Assembly: GCA_049322915.1 (NCBI GenBank) | Contig: JBMOPW010000026.1 | Coordinates: forward strand, 128,001 to 192,000 | Origin: Candidatus Zhuqueibacterota bacterium | GTDB taxonomy: Bacteria > Zhuqueibacterota > Zhuqueibacteria > Thermofontimicrobiales > Thermofontimicrobiaceae | Reading direction: 5' to 3' | Length of the DNA stretch: 64,000 nt | Part shown: positions 9,514 through 19,781 of the stretch, piece by piece | Position numbering within the stretch: the stretch's first letter is position 1 | Layout of the letters: each line of letters begins with the position of its first letter | Made by a program: the position numbers and the translations under genes | The notes under the pieces: model-generated | Told to the model about the DNA's origin: nothing | Database searches by the model: none | Seen by the model: only the letters and a program-made list of their open reading frames with translations

Positions 9514-10535
9514 AAGGATTCCCTGATTTCGGTGATGGGGACGATTCGATTTTCGTGGTGAGAGATGGTGGCAGCCTGGCTGATGATCAGCGCTGCTTCG
9601 CCGTCGGCGATGGTGACAGGCGGTTCTTTGCCGGACAGCACATTGTTGACAAAATTATCGATTTGATCGAGGTAGGCTTTTTCGAATCGTTCCATAAAAT
9701 AGGGGACGACATCGTGGGCCACGCTGTTTTGCGTCAAAATGGTGATGGGATTTTCTCTGAGATAGCCGACTTTGATAGTGCCTTTGGTGCCCAGAATTTC
9801 CGCCCGAATGTCGTAGCCGTATACGCCGTTGCGGCTGACATCCACAACGCCCAGTGCGCCGCTTTCAAAATACATGGTGATGATGGCGTTATCGATGTCG
9901 TTGATGGACTTGAGTTCCGGGTAGGCGAGGGCGCAGCCGACGCTGTAGACGCTTTTCACTTCGCCCATGAACATGCGACTTACGTCAAAGTCGTGAATGG
10001 CCATATCGATGATCAGCCCGCCGCTTTTTTTAGGGTCGGCGTATTCCAATGGCGGTCGGAAGGGATCGCGCGACGAAGCTTTCAGAACAATGGGGTCGCC
10101 AATCACTCCTTCAGCGATTTTCTTCCGGGCGGCGACGTAGCCTTTATCGAATCGTCGCTGAAAGCCCATCTGAAAGAAGACGCCTGTTTTTTCGATGGTC
10201 TCCCGAATCTTCCGGGTCTCAGAGAGCGAGATGGACAGCGGCTTCTCACAGAAAGTCGCTTTGTCATGGTGCGCAGCTTCAATGACAATCTCTTTGTGGG
10301 TGCTGGTTGGCGTGACGATCACGACCGCTTTCACATCCGGATCGGCGATGAGTTCCTGATGGCTGGAATACCATCGGGGCACGTCATGGTCGTGCGCGAA
10401 GGTTTTCGCCCGATCTTCCTGAATATCCGCCACAGCAAGAAGGTTGGCATTCGGAATGCGGTGCGCGACATCCGCCGCATTGATGCTTCCCAATCGTCCC
10501 AGTCCGATAACTCCAACGTCCAATTTTGGTTTCAT
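9510..10535 (-). CDS. iolG: Inositol 2-dehydrogenase (Gfo/Idh/MocA)
   Basis: GVIGLGRLG, FCEKP, GFQRRFD, SRDP, DMAIHDFD, YGYDIRAE, FMERF..AY. Confidence 0.88.
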   Translation of the reverse strand: MKPKLDVGVIGLGRLGSINAADVAHRIPNANLLAVADIQEDRAKTFAHDHDVPRWYSSHQELIADPDVKAVVIVTPTSTHKEIVIEAAHHDKATFCEKPLSISLSETRKIRETIEKTGVFFQMGFQRRFDKGYVAARKKIAEGVIGDPIVLKASSRDPFRPPLEYADPKKSGGLIIDMAIHDFDVSRMFMGEVKSVYSVGCALAYPELKSINDIDNAIITMYFESGALGVVDVSRNGVYGYDIRAEILGTKGTIKVGYLRENPITILTQNSVAHDVVPYFMERFEKAYLDQIDNFVNNVLSGKEPPVTIADGEAALIISQAATISHHENRIVPITEIRESL

Positions 10536-10741
10536 GCAATGTCCTTTCGATTTCGTTGTTCGGATCAATCAATCGTATGATTTGGCAATTCAAAAGAAAA
10601 GGTGGGATGAAATATGTGTTGCATTCAAACGGGCGATTTTTTATATTTCAATTATAACAATTTTTTTAACAATTGAAAGAAAAAAATCAAGGTGGTGAAA
10701 ATTAATTTTCACTTCACTACCGGACACTTTTTGAATTTTAG

Positions 10742-10902
10742 CCTGCATTATTCATAGTATTTTTAAAGGAGGCTGGCTAACTTGAATGGTGCTCTTTTTA
10801 GAATAACCGTATAAAAACTGAGTTTCAAAATAGCTTAGCCTTTAGCTAATTGAAAATCTGAATGTCGACTCAAATTCTGAGCAAGTTCATGAATAATTCA
10901 GG
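10742..10902 (-). mobile_element. 161-bp MITE copy 2
   Basis: CCTGCATTATTCAT...ATGAATAATTCAGG flanked by TTAG on both sides. Confidence 0.92.
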
Positions 10903-10994
10903 TTAGCTATTTACCCTGAAAATTTACATCATTAGACAACAACTCATCCTAATTTATTTGGCTCATCGTGGGAGTACGGAGTTCATAATACACT

Positions 10995-11040
10995 CTGTTA
11001 TCTGTGTTAATCCGTTAAATCCGCGTCACCCGTGTTCTAT
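10995..11040. repeat. Half copy of the ATCCGCG/ATCCGTG short-repeat array
   Basis: ATCTGTGTTAATCCGTTAAATCCGCGTCACCCGTGTTCTAT matches the right arm of the units at 25848-26232. Confidence 0.6.
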
Positions 11041-11139
11041 TTCTTTTCATATTTGAATAAGTTTCTGGCAGCAAATTTTTCACAAAAGAGTCGGCAAGAT
11101 TGTCATGGCAAAACTACACAACTATATCATGGATGGAAG

Positions 11140-11481
11140 ATGAAACAGATTACGCTGCAACAATGCCAACAGGTGGTGGATGAGTGGATCAAAACTGTGG
11201 GCGTGCGCTATTTTTCTGAATTGACCAATCTGGCCCAGTTAATGGAAGAAGTCGGGGAGGTTGCGCGATTGATGTCTCGCACCTATGGTGACCAGAGTTT
11301 CAAAAAGTCGGACGCGGATAAGAGATTGTCCGATGAACTGAGCGATGTGTTTTTTGTGCTGGTGTGCATCGCCAATCAAACCGGCGTCGATTTGACGGAG
11401 GCGTTTTTTGCCGGCATGGCTAAGCGCACCGAGCGGGACAGGGACCGGCATCAGCAGAATGAGAAGCTCCGTGAGCGTTGA
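11140..11481 (+). CDS. MazG-like nucleotide pyrophosphohydrolase (YpjD type)
   Basis: YFSELTNLAQLMEEVGEVAR..YGDQSFK, DELSDV...ANQTGVDL. Confidence 0.92.
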   Translation: MKQITLQQCQQVVDEWIKTVGVRYFSELTNLAQLMEEVGEVARLMSRTYGDQSFKKSDADKRLSDELSDVFFVLVCIANQTGVDLTEAFFAGMAKRTERDRDRHQQNEKLRER

Positions 11482-11689
11482 CGTGTGATTGGTGAAATGA
11501 CATGAAGCCCGGTTGGCGGGCAGCGAACAATCAGGGATTGTACCTGAACAGACGCTTGTACCGCGCCTCTGTGGTAGAATCGCTGCGATTGACCGCTCTG
11601 ACATCGCTCACTATTGGAATTTAAAACTCAGTTTGAAATAGCTATTTAATCCACCCAAATCAGGCACAAATCAAACAAGGAGTTCTTTC

Positions 11690-12844
11690 ATGAAGAAAAT
11701 TTATCTCTTCGCTGCAATGATTCTACTGATATTCTCCTCCTCATGCGGTAAAAAAGTGGGAACCGCAACCGTCGAGGTGGTCGACGGCGTGAAGTTCGTC
11801 CACTGCACCGATCAGCCGCTGCACCCGAAACGGACGGTTGAATTCATTGAAGAATTGACCATCTCCGGCGAGGACGACGCCGGCAACGTGATTTTGTATC
11901 AACCGGGCGCCTACACAATCGACAGCGACGAAAATATCTACATCAGCGATCGGTCTGAAAATGTCATTAAAGTGTTCGATCGCGACGGACAGCTTCTGAA
12001 AACCATCGGCGGCAAAGGCAGCGGCCCGGGCGAGTTTCAATCCATCGGACGCATGATGTTTCTTCCGGACAAACGGCTGATTGTGATGGATTTTCAGTTA
12101 CGACGCACAAGCTTTTTCGATACATCCTGGAATTTTTCTACCAGCGTTCAATGGCGCAATGCTCACTTTGATGCCTATTTCGTCACCGACTCCACGTATA
12201 CAATTGACGAAAATATCTTCGGCGAGGAACGCGAGCTCTTCGTGAAAACGTATGACTTCGCCCACAATGAGCGTCTCTCGTACGGTAAGTTCACTCCCTA
12301 CGGCATGAAAATGCACCGGCAGGGAGATATGGCTTTCGCTATTACAGATCCTTTCAAGCCACGCTCTGTCCTGACTGGCGATTTGACCAATCACTTGTTA
12401 TACCACTGTCTGAACGACAAATATTTGATTGAAGTCTATGGAGCGGATGGAAAGGTATGCTGCAAAATAGACCGTCCCTATCAACCGATGCCGTTCACCG
12501 AAACGGACAAAGAGGAGTACATTTCTCAATTCGCTGATAATGATAATCCGGTTTTTCAGGAAATGGCAAAGGGGATGGAGTTTCCGGCATTGAAAACTGT
12601 GGTGGAACGAATGTTTGTGGACGATGAGGGGCGGCTCTGGGTCGTCACGAACGAAGAAAAAGAACAAGACGGCGCCACGTTCACCGCTTATGATATTTTT
12701 AATAAAGATGGTTTCTACGATGCAAGAGTCTGGCTGGATGTTACGCCCGGCGGTTTTGTCAATGGAAAAATGTACAGCATTCACACGGACAAGGACACGG
12801 ATTTGCGCTCGTTGAAACGCTACAATGTGGTGTGGAAAGGATAG
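11690..12844 (+). CDS. 6-bladed beta-propeller (NHL-repeat) lipoprotein
   Basis: Lipobox-like SSSC, IYISD, IGGKGSGPGEF, FVDDEGRLWV. Confidence 0.85.
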   Translation: MKKIYLFAAMILLIFSSSCGKKVGTATVEVVDGVKFVHCTDQPLHPKRTVEFIEELTISGEDDAGNVILYQPGAYTIDSDENIYISDRSENVIKVFDRDGQLLKTIGGKGSGPGEFQSIGRMMFLPDKRLIVMDFQLRRTSFFDTSWNFSTSVQWRNAHFDAYFVTDSTYTIDENIFGEERELFVKTYDFAHNERLSYGKFTPYGMKMHRQGDMAFAITDPFKPRSVLTGDLTNHLLYHCLNDKYLIEVYGADGKVCCKIDRPYQPMPFTETDKEEYISQFADNDNPVFQEMAKGMEFPALKTVVERMFVDDEGRLWVVTNEEKEQDGATFTAYDIFNKDGFYDARVWLDVTPGGFVNGKMYSIHTDKDTDLRSLKRYNVVWKG

Positions 12845-12848
12845 TTAC

Positions 12849-12940
12849 GTGAGACGTGAGACGCGAGATGTGAGACGCGAGATGTGAGACGCAAGACGCG
12901 AGATGTAAAACCATTCTGTACGTCTCGCGTCTGGCATCTC
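12849..12940. repeat. Heptamer array (GTGAGAC/GCGAGAT)n with a short inverted arm
   Basis: About 8 heptamers at 12849-12906, then CGTCTCGCGTCTGGCATCTC; lies between convergent genes. Confidence 0.85.
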
Positions 12941-12951
12941 CTGTTTTACGG

Positions 12952-15453
12952 TTACCGAATTAAAAGCATTTTCTTCGTCGTTGAAAAATGGTCTGCGTCC
13001 AGCCGATAGAAATAGATTCCGCTTGGTACGCTGTTTCCGCCATTATCCCGGCCGTTCCAGTTCGTACGATAGCATCCGGCGCGGTGCGGTTCGCGCACCA
13101 GCGAGCGCACTTCGCGTCCCATCAGGTCGTAAATTTGAATCGTGACCATGGGACTGCCGCCGCTGGGGATGTCGTAGGCGATGGTCGTTTCCGGATTGAA
13201 CGGATTGGGGTAATTGGGATACAGTCGGAATTGGGCTGGCTGAGCGTCGGTCAGACCGGGTCCGGGAATCGACATCGGCGACGGGACAAATAATTGCTCG
13301 ATGGAGTCCAGATAGAGTTGACCGGCGCAAGGGCCATTGGATTTCACTGCGAATCCGATGAAATAGACATCGCTGCTGTCCAGTGCGCCATTGCCGGGAG
13401 TCGAGCTTCCCCACGGCTGAAAATCCTCGCTCGCCAGATCGATTCGAACGTTTTTCCAACCCACCCAGTCGATGACACAGGACGAGGAGGCTTCCAATCC
13501 GTCGGCGTCCTCAAAAACAAATTGTAGCTGAGCGCCGCTGGCATCGCCCAGCACATTCGCCGAGACATAGCTGCCCGGTTTCACCCAGACGTATTCGGAT
13601 GCATGATCCACCCGCGCCAGCAGCGACTCCGCTGCGGACGTAAATTGATAGCTCAGTTCAGCGGCGTTCTTGCCGTGCGAGCGTATCACGGACGACAGTT
13701 GCAGTGCGGCCATCCCGGCATTGGATTCGACGCGCCAGTTCAATGGGGTAAGTCCGCTGTCCGCAATGGTTTCGAAATTCTCAATGGGGAAAATGGTCAA
13801 ATCCTGTGTCTGCGCGCGAAACGCCCATTGAAAGTGGTCGTCCATCATATTGCCCTGATAATCCTTGAGAGAATTCACCAGCGTCAGCATGTAGCCCATA
13901 TTGGCATCCAGGGGCACGACCGGGATGATTGAGATTAATCCCAGACCGTTCAATTCATCGTATCGAACAGTGACCGAAGTGCGGCGACTGAGGTCGCTCA
14001 TCAACAGAAATTTGGAACTGGAAATGGTGGCCGGATCGAGACGTTTGTTGAAGCCAATTTGCAGGATGTCATTGACGAAAATCCCGGTGTCATTTTTCAT
14101 CGGGTAAAAATCGATGACCATGGGTCGCGATGTATCCATGGGTTCGGTGCGGAATGAAAAGGAAAATGCACCGCCTTGAACGCCGTCGTTGTCGCCGTCC
14201 AGTTGGAAACCGTACGCATCCATGGCAGCGGAGGAGATTTCCACCTGATAATCCTGATCGAATTCATACCGGGTGCCCGGAGAGAAGCGAGCGCGTCGGC
14301 CGGAATTTTCCCATTTCAAAGTGCCGGCCACGAACGGAGCGATCTGAAATGCCGCTGCCACAGAGTTCGTTGACATTGTCCGCGAAAAATTGATTTCGAT
14401 ATCCTGAAACACAGAGAAATTAGTATCCCCCGGGGCCGGTGAAAAGGAGACGACGACCGGCGGGATGTTGTAAACCAATTCGAATGGACTGTTCCGCGTG
14501 GATGTGGCGGATTTGACATAGATATCCAGCGTATCGGTGACCAGATCGTTTCGCTGGAAAATCAACTGAGCGTTGCCCGGCGGAAAGCTATTGAAGAAAT
14601 ACATGCCATTCCGGATATCTTCCGGCGCGACGTACGGGAATCCCGGCCAGGCATTGTCCTGCGCCGTGACGCCGATGTTCCGGGAATCCGTGACGTAAAC
14701 CATGGTATCCACGCCGTTTGTCAGCGTCACGGTGACGCCGTTCTGTTTCGCGCCGTCCGTATCGACCAAAACGCCTTCGACAAAACTATCCTCCCGTCGC
14801 GGGACGGTGTAATATTCGAGATAGGAATGAAGCAGGGCATAGCCTTCCAACTTCAGGTAGCCCAATGCATTCAGCCGATAGATTTCCGGGTAATAGTCCC
14901 AGAATGACGCTTCGCTGAGCACGCCCGGCATGAGCAGATATTTCAACACGCCCAGATTGAACGGTTCTGTCCACGAGCCGTAGAACGACCAATCCCCGCG
15001 CACCGATTTGCCGGTTGTGTACAGATAGCGCTGAAGATAGTCGGCCATGTACTGGCACATGACATCGGACTCGCCGGCCCAGCGAACACTGCCGTCCGGC
15101 ATTTCCTGGTACAACATCAGCGTTGTGTTCACGCCGTTGTTCACGGTGCCGGTGGCGTTGTGATGCACCGAAAGGAAAAAATCGACGTTATTGTTATTAG
15201 CGATTTGATCGCGGTCGTACAGCGAAATGGCGGTGGCTGAATCCTGGCGCGTTGTGATCACCCATGCGCCGTATTCTTCCAGATAAGCTTTCAGATAATT
15301 GACTACATGCAGGTTGATGCGCGTTTCAAATGGCTTGTCATTGGGATAATTGCCGTGGCCCGGATCGATACAAAATTTCAAACCGGACAGGTCGGGCTGA
15401 GCGCTGGTAACCGAAACGAACGCCAATAAAATGATCAGTATCTTTTTTGTCAT
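12952..15453 (-). CDS. N-acetylmuramoyl-L-alanine amidase (Amidase_3) with Ig-like repeats and FlgD/T9SS-like C-terminal domain
   Basis: IDPGHG, E..INL, SVHHNA, LSEASF; two Big_5-like repeats; YPNYPNPFNPETTI...SGIYFYRL...KKMLLIR; ATG 15453 overlaps the upstream stop. Confidence 0.9.
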   Translation of the reverse strand: MTKKILIILLAFVSVTSAQPDLSGLKFCIDPGHGNYPNDKPFETRINLHVVNYLKAYLEEYGAWVITTRQDSATAISLYDRDQIANNNNVDFFLSVHHNATGTVNNGVNTTLMLYQEMPDGSVRWAGESDVMCQYMADYLQRYLYTTGKSVRGDWSFYGSWTEPFNLGVLKYLLMPGVLSEASFWDYYPEIYRLNALGYLKLEGYALLHSYLEYYTVPRREDSFVEGVLVDTDGAKQNGVTVTLTNGVDTMVYVTDSRNIGVTAQDNAWPGFPYVAPEDIRNGMYFFNSFPPGNAQLIFQRNDLVTDTLDIYVKSATSTRNSPFELVYNIPPVVVSFSPAPGDTNFSVFQDIEINFSRTMSTNSVAAAFQIAPFVAGTLKWENSGRRARFSPGTRYEFDQDYQVEISSAAMDAYGFQLDGDNDGVQGGAFSFSFRTEPMDTSRPMVIDFYPMKNDTGIFVNDILQIGFNKRLDPATISSSKFLLMSDLSRRTSVTVRYDELNGLGLISIIPVVPLDANMGYMLTLVNSLKDYQGNMMDDHFQWAFRAQTQDLTIFPIENFETIADSGLTPLNWRVESNAGMAALQLSSVIRSHGKNAAELSYQFTSAAESLLARVDHASEYVWVKPGSYVSANVLGDASGAQLQFVFEDADGLEASSSCVIDWVGWKNVRIDLASEDFQPWGSSTPGNGALDSSDVYFIGFAVKSNGPCAGQLYLDSIEQLFVPSPMSIPGPGLTDAQPAQFRLYPNYPNPFNPETTIAYDIPSGGSPMVTIQIYDLMGREVRSLVREPHRAGCYRTNWNGRDNGGNSVPSGIYFYRLDADHFSTTKKMLLIR

Positions 15454-16394
15454 TGTTCTCTCCCTACTAAATCGATCAAGATGATCTTGCCATTGCTGTC
15501 GCACGCGATGCGCCGTCCATCCGGAGACCAGTGCGGTCGCATTTCCATCTCGTCTTTTGTGAAGGTGATCTGCTGTTTTTCCGCGCCATTGGCAGTGACG
15601 ATCCACAGATCCGACGAGGTATACTCGAAGGCATCCTCCCGCGTTTCGGAGTAGGCGACAAACTCACCGCTTGGATTCCAAACCGGCATTTCTCCTTCAG
15701 CGATGCGCTGGATATTTTTGCCATCTTTATTCATGACGCATATCGCGCGCCCCTGCTGCTTGAACAGAATACGGCTATTGTCCGGGGAATAGGAGACATT
15801 GAAAACACGGCCTTCGAGCGGCTTGATCTGGCTGAGCGTTTTATCCATCTCTTTCGTTAAAACACCTTTCGCTGAAAAAAGACAGATACTCCGCGGGCGC
15901 GACGTGGAATCCGGTTTGGAAAGAGAGATCGTCGGGAGAGCGGCAACCTGTAATGCATCGTGATGAAGAAAGGCGACTTCGACAGCATTCACCCATCGGG
16001 GCGTGCTGAAGTCGCGGTCAAAATCAGCCAATTGCTGAGTCTGTCCGGTGACGATATCCACGACCAGAATGGTGGTCAATTTGCGGCGACCGTCCATTTT
16101 ATTGGCGCGGAAAGCGATGCGGCGGCTATCCGGCGACCAGTCGAATTCCCAGCCGGCGCCATTCTGCTCAACCAGCTTGATCCACGAGTTCGCCTGCACA
16201 TTGTAAAGCCAGATAGATCCGAAATTGTCACCGGCAGCGGCAATGTATTTGCCGTCCGGAGACCACTTCGGAGCGGAGAGAAATTGCCCCGCTTCCGAAA
16301 TCGTCGCTGTTCCGCGCGCTTTGAACGGGATATCCGAAAAAGCAGGGTGCGCGAACAGCAACAGGATGAAAAACAGGATTGATTTTTTCAACAT
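15450..16394 (-). CDS. TolB-like PD40 beta-propeller protein, exported
   Basis: Repeated P.WSPDG motifs; GAGGAGG RBS before ATG 16394; signal peptide. Confidence 0.88.
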   Translation of the reverse strand: MLKKSILFFILLLFAHPAFSDIPFKARGTATISEAGQFLSAPKWSPDGKYIAAAGDNFGSIWLYNVQANSWIKLVEQNGAGWEFDWSPDSRRIAFRANKMDGRRKLTTILVVDIVTGQTQQLADFDRDFSTPRWVNAVEVAFLHHDALQVAALPTISLSKPDSTSRPRSICLFSAKGVLTKEMDKTLSQIKPLEGRVFNVSYSPDNSRILFKQQGRAICVMNKDGKNIQRIAEGEMPVWNPSGEFVAYSETREDAFEYTSSDLWIVTANGAEKQQITFTKDEMEMRPHWSPDGRRIACDSNGKIILIDLVGREQ

Positions 16395-16533
16395 GAAATT
16401 CCTCCTCTGAGTCAATATATTGTACCTAAAAATCAGAAATGAAAAGAGTGTAATGAGCAACAAGAAATTCTTACTATGGAGTGCGTCGTTTGCCTGTGGG
16501 CGACATGGACATTGAATTCGAACATCCATCGGC

Positions 16534-17478
16534 TCAGATGAGCCGCAGGCTTTTCAGCACGTAAATGCCCGTCGAGATGGTCACGGTGGAGCCTATCGTG
16601 GACAGGACAATGATATTTCCGGCTAACCGGCTGTTGCATCCCATGGCGTCAGCCATGACGAAACTGGCGATGGCCGTGGGCGTGGCAAACAGCATGAACG
16701 TGACGCCCAGAGTCACCCCGCGAAATCCCAGCGCATAGGCCAGGTAAGTCAACGTAGCCGGCATGATGATGATTTTTATCAGCGTGGCAATCATCGTTAA
16801 TTTGAAATCTATTTTCAGACTCTTGAAATTGAGCGAACCGCCAATGCCCAATAACGCCAATGGCAGCGTCAGATCCGAGAGAACGTCGATGGTCGTGGCG
16901 ACGGACTCCGGCGTTTTAATTTTAAAAAACGCAAACGGCAGGGAGAAGATGGTTGCCAGAATCAGTGGATTGGTAATAATTTCCACTAGGATTTTCCTGA
17001 AACTGAGTTTCTTGTCTTTCTTCACCGGCACAGTGAGCGCCACGATGGCCAGTACGTTATAAAGCGGCATGGCGAGCGCCAGTATCAGCGCGGCTTGACT
17101 CAGCGCTTGGCTTCCCAGAGTGCTCTCGACCAGGGCGATGCCTACAATGGCAAAGTTGCTGCGATAGCTGCCCTGAATGAACGCGGCGCGGTCCCGTCCG
17201 TCACTGGATAAAAACGTGGAAGTCAACCAGATGAGACCGTAGAATAGCATCACGCCGGCGTAAATGAAAACCACCTGCATCGAAATTAAAGCCAGGCCGA
17301 AATCAAGGTCGGATAATTGCGTGAACACAAGGCAGGGGAGGGTCACAGAGAAGACGATTCTCGATGAGATAGAAATGAAGTCGTCGTTGAGGAATCCTTT
17401 TTGTTTTAAAAAATAGCCCAGAAAAATGATGAAAAAGACCGGCGAAACAGTATTGAAAGTAAAAATCAGATTTTGCAT
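16534..17478 (-). CDS. AEC family transporter
   Basis: YRSNFAIVG, TNPLI, LPLALLGIG, ATPTA; about 10 TM segments. Confidence 0.9.
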   Translation of the reverse strand: MQNLIFTFNTVSPVFFIIFLGYFLKQKGFLNDDFISISSRIVFSVTLPCLVFTQLSDLDFGLALISMQVVFIYAGVMLFYGLIWLTSTFLSSDGRDRAAFIQGSYRSNFAIVGIALVESTLGSQALSQAALILALAMPLYNVLAIVALTVPVKKDKKLSFRKILVEIITNPLILATIFSLPFAFFKIKTPESVATTIDVLSDLTLPLALLGIGGSLNFKSLKIDFKLTMIATLIKIIIMPATLTYLAYALGFRGVTLGVTFMLFATPTAIASFVMADAMGCNSRLAGNIIVLSTIGSTVTISTGIYVLKSLRLI

Positions 17479-17691
17479 GAATATCTCGTTTTCAACCTCG
17501 ACCAGGATTCAATCACTCAACCGTGAAGATTGCCATCTGTCTCAGACGCAAAGATAAACCATCATCGAATGCCGTGAATTAAGCAATCGGCTGAAGGAAA
17601 AGGATGCAGCGTTTCCCTGAGCGGACAGTCTATTTAACGCTTCAGACGGGTATTATTTCCAGCTTGGATTGGCGCACCGCTGCGCAGCCCG

Positions 17692-18771
17692 TCAGCCCAG
17701 AATCCGCTTTTTCTTCTCCAGATAATAGAGATAATTTTCGAACGAAACGTCGGGCGGCACGCGATGATCCATACAGGGCACAAATCCGCCGGCCTCGATT
17801 AACGGCAGCAGCGACTCCAATTCCCGGTCAATAGCTGCCCTGTCTTTTGACAGCTCCACTTTATTCACGCCGCCGACGAGCAGCACATCCCGGCCATACC
17901 ATTCCCTGAGCTTGCGCGGATTGGTGTGCGCCGCTTCGAGGGGAAACATGCAATTGATGCCGGCTTTCAGCCAGCCCGGCACCAATTCGTAAATGCAGCC
18001 ATCGCAATCGAGTATGTTGACATCGACGTGATACTTTTTCAGATGCCTGGTGATTTTCGCGTATCGCGGAACCATCAACTCCTCGAAAAGCCGGGGCGAA
18101 ATCAGCGGGCCTTTATTGAAGCACATATCTTCCCACCACCAGGCCAGATCGACCTGAACGTGCGGCAGCGTTTTATCGATTAAATAGAGCGTCATTTCAG
18201 TGAAATGGTCCATCATCTCTTCAATCCAGTCGCGCTCCGTCATCATGGCGATGGACACATTTTCCACGCCCATCCAGTTGCGCAACCAGCCATAGAGCGA
18301 GCCGGCGTCGAAGCGAAGGGGCAGACCGGTCTGCTTCGATTTTTCGATGACTGCCGGAATATCTCCGATCCGGGAATCGTCTTTGAAATTCAGCCGTTCA
18401 GCTTTCAGTCGTTCCCAATCGGCGCGCGTCTCCAGTACGTATTTTTCGTACTGGGGAATCGATTCTCCGACGAGCGGCACGCGGCAGATATTCCCCTCAT
18501 GGGTTTGAATAAGTTTATAATTGCTGTGCGTTTCCAGTGTTTTATTTTCGAACCAGGGGTACAGACCATTTCGCACCGGAAACCAGAGAAAAATTTCCAC
18601 GCCATCGAGACCGAGGTAACGTTCCACATCCTCGTTGGTAGCCACTTCTTTCGGGAGTCCCTGACTGTGCCATAATTGAATGGTCTCATCCCAATACCCG
18701 AAATCGACGTTGGGGATTTTATCGGCTTTTTGCCAGTGCAGGACTTTGTTCAACCGCTCCCGTGTCGTCAT
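17692..18771 (-). CDS. Uroporphyrinogen decarboxylase / MT2 methyltransferase family protein
   Basis: MTTRER, RNWMG.E, WEDMC...GPLISP, DCDG, GGVNK, DHRVPPDVS..NY. Confidence 0.88.
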   Translation of the reverse strand: MTTRERLNKVLHWQKADKIPNVDFGYWDETIQLWHSQGLPKEVATNEDVERYLGLDGVEIFLWFPVRNGLYPWFENKTLETHSNYKLIQTHEGNICRVPLVGESIPQYEKYVLETRADWERLKAERLNFKDDSRIGDIPAVIEKSKQTGLPLRFDAGSLYGWLRNWMGVENVSIAMMTERDWIEEMMDHFTEMTLYLIDKTLPHVQVDLAWWWEDMCFNKGPLISPRLFEELMVPRYAKITRHLKKYHVDVNILDCDGCIYELVPGWLKAGINCMFPLEAAHTNPRKLREWYGRDVLLVGGVNKVELSKDRAAIDRELESLLPLIEAGGFVPCMDHRVPPDVSFENYLYYLEKKKRILG

Positions 18772-19239
18772 GAATCCCTCCAGTTTTATGTTGATTGCCA
18801 GTGGCCGATTAAAAATTTTAGGCGATGTGGATTGACCGATATGATTTGTAATTTTCGCGCCCTTTTTTTTCCAGGAAAAGGTTTAATATAATTTGTGCGC
18901 GTTTAAATAGCAAGCGAAAGTTATTCCCCGATGTAAAAAGTTTTGGCCAAAACGTATGTCGATAGTCGCGGTGCACATACTGCCTGATGATGACCGGCTA
19001 TTGTCGCCCGTAATCGCTTTGCCGGGAGAATCACTCGATTCATTCCGCGGGCTGAAAATTTAGTGGCGGAATGGTATTTCTTGCATCAAAGGACTTGACA
19101 TCTGACTTTAAATTATGCTAATTGAGACAGAGAAATTTTTTTTCAAATGTGTCCACAAAACTATCTCCCGGTTCGTTTATGATATGAAAGGCCGATCGAC
19201 CGACTATCATGAAAAAGTTAATTAAACAAAGGAGATGCT

Positions 19240-19755
19240 GTGACGAAACGAAGCATTGAGTACGATCAATTTATCAAACCGATTGAGGATCAAATGATCC
19301 GATCCGTCTGGAGGCTGATTCGGGATGGCGACGATGCGGATGATGTTTTCCAGGAGGCATTGCTCAAAATCTGGAAACGCTGGAATCGAATCTGCAAGCA
19401 TCCGAATCCCCACGCGCTCATCCTGAGAATTTGTATTAATGCGGCGTATGATCACCTCCGCAGAAACGAGCGCATGCAGAAGCATGATCCGCTCGATTCA
19501 GTTTCAGCAACGTTATCGGATTCAAGCCCGCTTGCATGGGAAGAGATGGAACATGAAGATAAAAAATCGCTGATTTTCCGCGCGATTGGAGCGTTGCCGA
19601 AGCATCAGCGCCTGGCGGTTCACATGCGTTATATCGAAGAAACGTCGTATCCTGCAATCGCCCAGGCATTGGGCTGCGGGGAAGCGACCGTACGCAAACA
19701 TGTTTCACGCGCGATCAGTAAACTACGCGTTGTTTTGTCTGAGTCTTCTTTTTAA
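19240..19755 (+). CDS. ECF RNA polymerase sigma factor
   Basis: DADDVFQEALLKIW, INAAYD..R, region 4 IAQALGCGEATVRKHVSRA. Confidence 0.93.
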   Translation: MTKRSIEYDQFIKPIEDQMIRSVWRLIRDGDDADDVFQEALLKIWKRWNRICKHPNPHALILRICINAAYDHLRRNERMQKHDPLDSVSATLSDSSPLAWEEMEHEDKKSLIFRAIGALPKHQRLAVHMRYIEETSYPAIAQALGCGEATVRKHVSRAISKLRVVLSESSF

Positions 19756-19781
19756 TTTCACTTCAGAATAGGAGCAACATC

